Positions 62,686 to 64,000 of a stretch of DNA of 64,000 nt are shown piece by piece. Both the position numbers and the translations under genes were made by a program. Every line of letters starts with the position of its first letter. Position 1 is the stretch's first letter. The stretch is from contig CALGPA010000002.1 of assembly GCA_937960795.1 (NCBI GenBank), positions 25,458 through 89,457 on the forward strand. The letters run 5' to 3'. The notes under the pieces were generated by a model. It saw only the letters and a program-made list of their open reading frames with translations. It was not told the DNA's origin and searched no databases. Origin of the DNA: an uncultured bacterium. GTDB taxonomy: Bacteria; Cloacimonadota; Cloacimonadia; Cloacimonadales; Cloacimonadaceae.

Positions 62686-63692
62686 GCTTGATTTTGGCTT
62701 TTGAATCCTCCTGTGACGACACTTCCGTAGCGATATTAGATACGGATTACAAGGTTCTTGCGAATCTCATCTCATCTCAGCCCGAGCACCTAGATTTTGG
62801 AGGCGTTCTGCCAGAGCTAGCTTCCCGTCTGCACATGAAGAACATCATGCATCTTTCGGATTTGGCCTTGAGTCAAGCCGGAGTGACTCTCAATCAGATA
62901 GACGCTATAGCGGTGTCCATCAATCCCGGACTCATCGGCTCTCTGATAGTCGGCCTCTCCTTTGCCAAAAGCCTCGCTTGGGGGCTGGGCAAACCGCTGA
63001 TTACTGTGAATCATCTTTTAAGCCATGTGTTTGCGAATTACATTGACCACCCGCGGCTGGAGACGCCCTTTTTGGCTTTGGTAGTATCCGGAGGGCACAC
63101 AGAGCTTGTGCATTTCAAGACTGATAGGGATTTTGAAGTCGTGGGTAAGACACTAGATGATGCCGCCGGAGAGACTTTTGACAAAGCTGCCAAGCTCATG
63201 GGCTTGGGTTTCCCGGGAGGTCCCATCATCGACAAGCTGGCAAAAGGAGGTGACCCCAAGTTCATCAAGCTGCCCTATCCGCTTCCGCAAAAGGATAACT
63301 TCAATTTCAGCTATAGCGGGCTTAAGACAGCTATCCGAACATACATCAAGAGCCAAGAGCCTGATCTTTTGATCAAGCACCAAACCGACATTGCCGCAAG
63401 TATCCAGGAAGCCATCGTGAACCCACTGATAAACAAGACAGTAAGGAAAGCTCAAGAGCTTCAGCTTGATCGAATCCTCATAGCAGGAGGAGTAGCTGCA
63501 AACAGCGCTCTGCGTAGTGGACTACTTAAGAAAGCGGGTGCCTGCAAGATCCAAGTATATTATCCAAGCCTCAAGCTATGTATGGACAATGCCGCGATGG
63601 TCGCCGCTGCAGCCATTCCAAAATATAAAGCGGGACTCTTTGCAAAGCTGGATGTGAACGCAAACTCAATCAAGGGAACACGTCTGCTATAG
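62682..63692 (+). CDS. tsaD: tRNA N6-adenosine threonylcarbamoyltransferase
   Basis: 336 aa with ILAFESSCDDTSVAI, HLLSH (metal-binding His pair), VSGGHTEL and GGVAANS. Confidence 0.95.
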   Translation: MSLILAFESSCDDTSVAILDTDYKVLANLISSQPEHLDFGGVLPELASRLHMKNIMHLSDLALSQAGVTLNQIDAIAVSINPGLIGSLIVGLSFAKSLAWGLGKPLITVNHLLSHVFANYIDHPRLETPFLALVVSGGHTELVHFKTDRDFEVVGKTLDDAAGETFDKAAKLMGLGFPGGPIIDKLAKGGDPKFIKLPYPLPQKDNFNFSYSGLKTAIRTYIKSQEPDLLIKHQTDIAASIQEAIVNPLINKTVRKAQELQLDRILIAGGVAANSALRSGLLKKAGACKIQVYYPSLKLCMDNAAMVAAAAIPKYKAGLFAKLDVNANSIKGTRLL

Positions 63693-63887
63693 TTGATCTA
63701 TGATCATGATGGACATAGTCACAGCTGTTTTGGCATGCTTTTCAACAATGCAAAAGATGGAGATCATAATGGCATGATAGGCAGTGACAAAGCCACTTGT
63801 GTGTCGTCTGAGTGTAAGATTTTCCTTGTCTTTTTTTCAATGCACTAAATAACGGGAACAAAGAATAATCCTAAGAGGAAAAAGGAA

Positions 63888-64000
63888 ATGAATCTATCAA
63901 GCAGAGCTCAAAACGTGCAAGCTTCCCCGATTCGGAAGCTGATGCCTTACGCCATTGGCGCTAAAGCAAAGGGTATCAAAGTATATCATCTGAATATCGG
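63888..64000 (+). CDS. PLP-dependent aminotransferase (AspC-like), N-terminal fragment; continues past window end
   Basis: My own translation gives MNLSSRAQNVQASPIRKLMPYAIGAKAKGIKVYHLNIG. The ASPIRK...IG pattern is typical of class I aminotransferases. AGGAAA RBS. Confidence 0.6.
   Translation, partial: MNLSSRAQNVQASPIRKLMPYAIGAKAKGIKVYHLNI

Noticed and set aside
1-64000. Search for mobile genetic elements, prophage, integrons, toxin-antitoxin pairs, tRNA/rRNA/tmRNA genes
   Set aside because: I recognised no transposase, integrase, recombinase, reverse transcriptase, capsid or terminase motif. No GGTTCGAATCC-type tRNA T-arm signature appears in any intergenic region. The window looks like core chromosome with small non-autonomous repeats only.

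Overview
This is a densely coding 64-kb bacterial chromosomal segment with about 47 protein genes. I found no rRNA, tRNA, CRISPR array, transposase, integrase or phage gene. Taxonomy cannot be fixed from the sequence. A gingipain-like C25 protease with a T9SS-type C-terminal sorting domain, GH57-type glycogen genes and anaerobe-type Fe-S enzymes fit an uncultivated FCB-group or Cloacimonadota-like anaerobe.

Gene blocks, in order:
- 1-8015 (-): an ABCG-type exporter with a long N-terminal extension, a lipoprotein, then a translationally coupled four-gene membrane module of unknown function that runs into an Aas-like acyl ligase.
- 8256-13440 (+): a porin followed by pstSCAB and phoU, behind an 11-bp-phased Pho-box-like array.
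- 13676-16184 (-): phoB and phoR with an extra small sigma factor.
- 16302-19160 (-): a 952-aa GlmL/MutL-like ATPase fusion.
- 19229-25414 (-): aldo/keto reductase, uvrC, murJ, holB and a GNAT acetyltransferase.
- 25660-34232: a mixed block holding a glucuronyl C5-epimerase-like lipoprotein, a flavin reductase, a prepilin peptidase, an aminotransferase, asnS, an oxidoreductase, an SDR-type tdh broken by a single in-frame TAG, and a ferritin-like protein.
- 34239-40206: recO, an NFACT protein, a coiled-coil protein and htpG. htpG has a near-consensus CIRCE operator upstream.
- 40466-47542 (+): the C25 protease, cobB and a cyclase-STAND-TPR protein, linked by start/stop overlaps.
- 47545-49576 (-): an EamA transporter and a TPR lipoprotein.
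- 50341-55629: pyrB, pyrC, pyrK and pyrD, converging with radA.
- 55812-64000 (+): glycogen genes (GDE, glycosyltransferase, GH57), an NtrC-type regulator with a degenerate GAFTGA loop, a YbbR protein, tsaD and the start of an aminotransferase.

Non-genic highlights:
- A roughly 65-130 bp intergenic repeat family is present in four copies.
- A 45-bp palindromic element is present in two copies, one carrying a nested hairpin insertion.
- A 34-bp tandem repeat and a perfect 16-bp hairpin lie in a 770-bp non-coding stretch.
- An identical 15-mer sits exactly 21 nt upstream of two unlinked start codons.

All homology calls come from motif recognition by eye. No database search was run.
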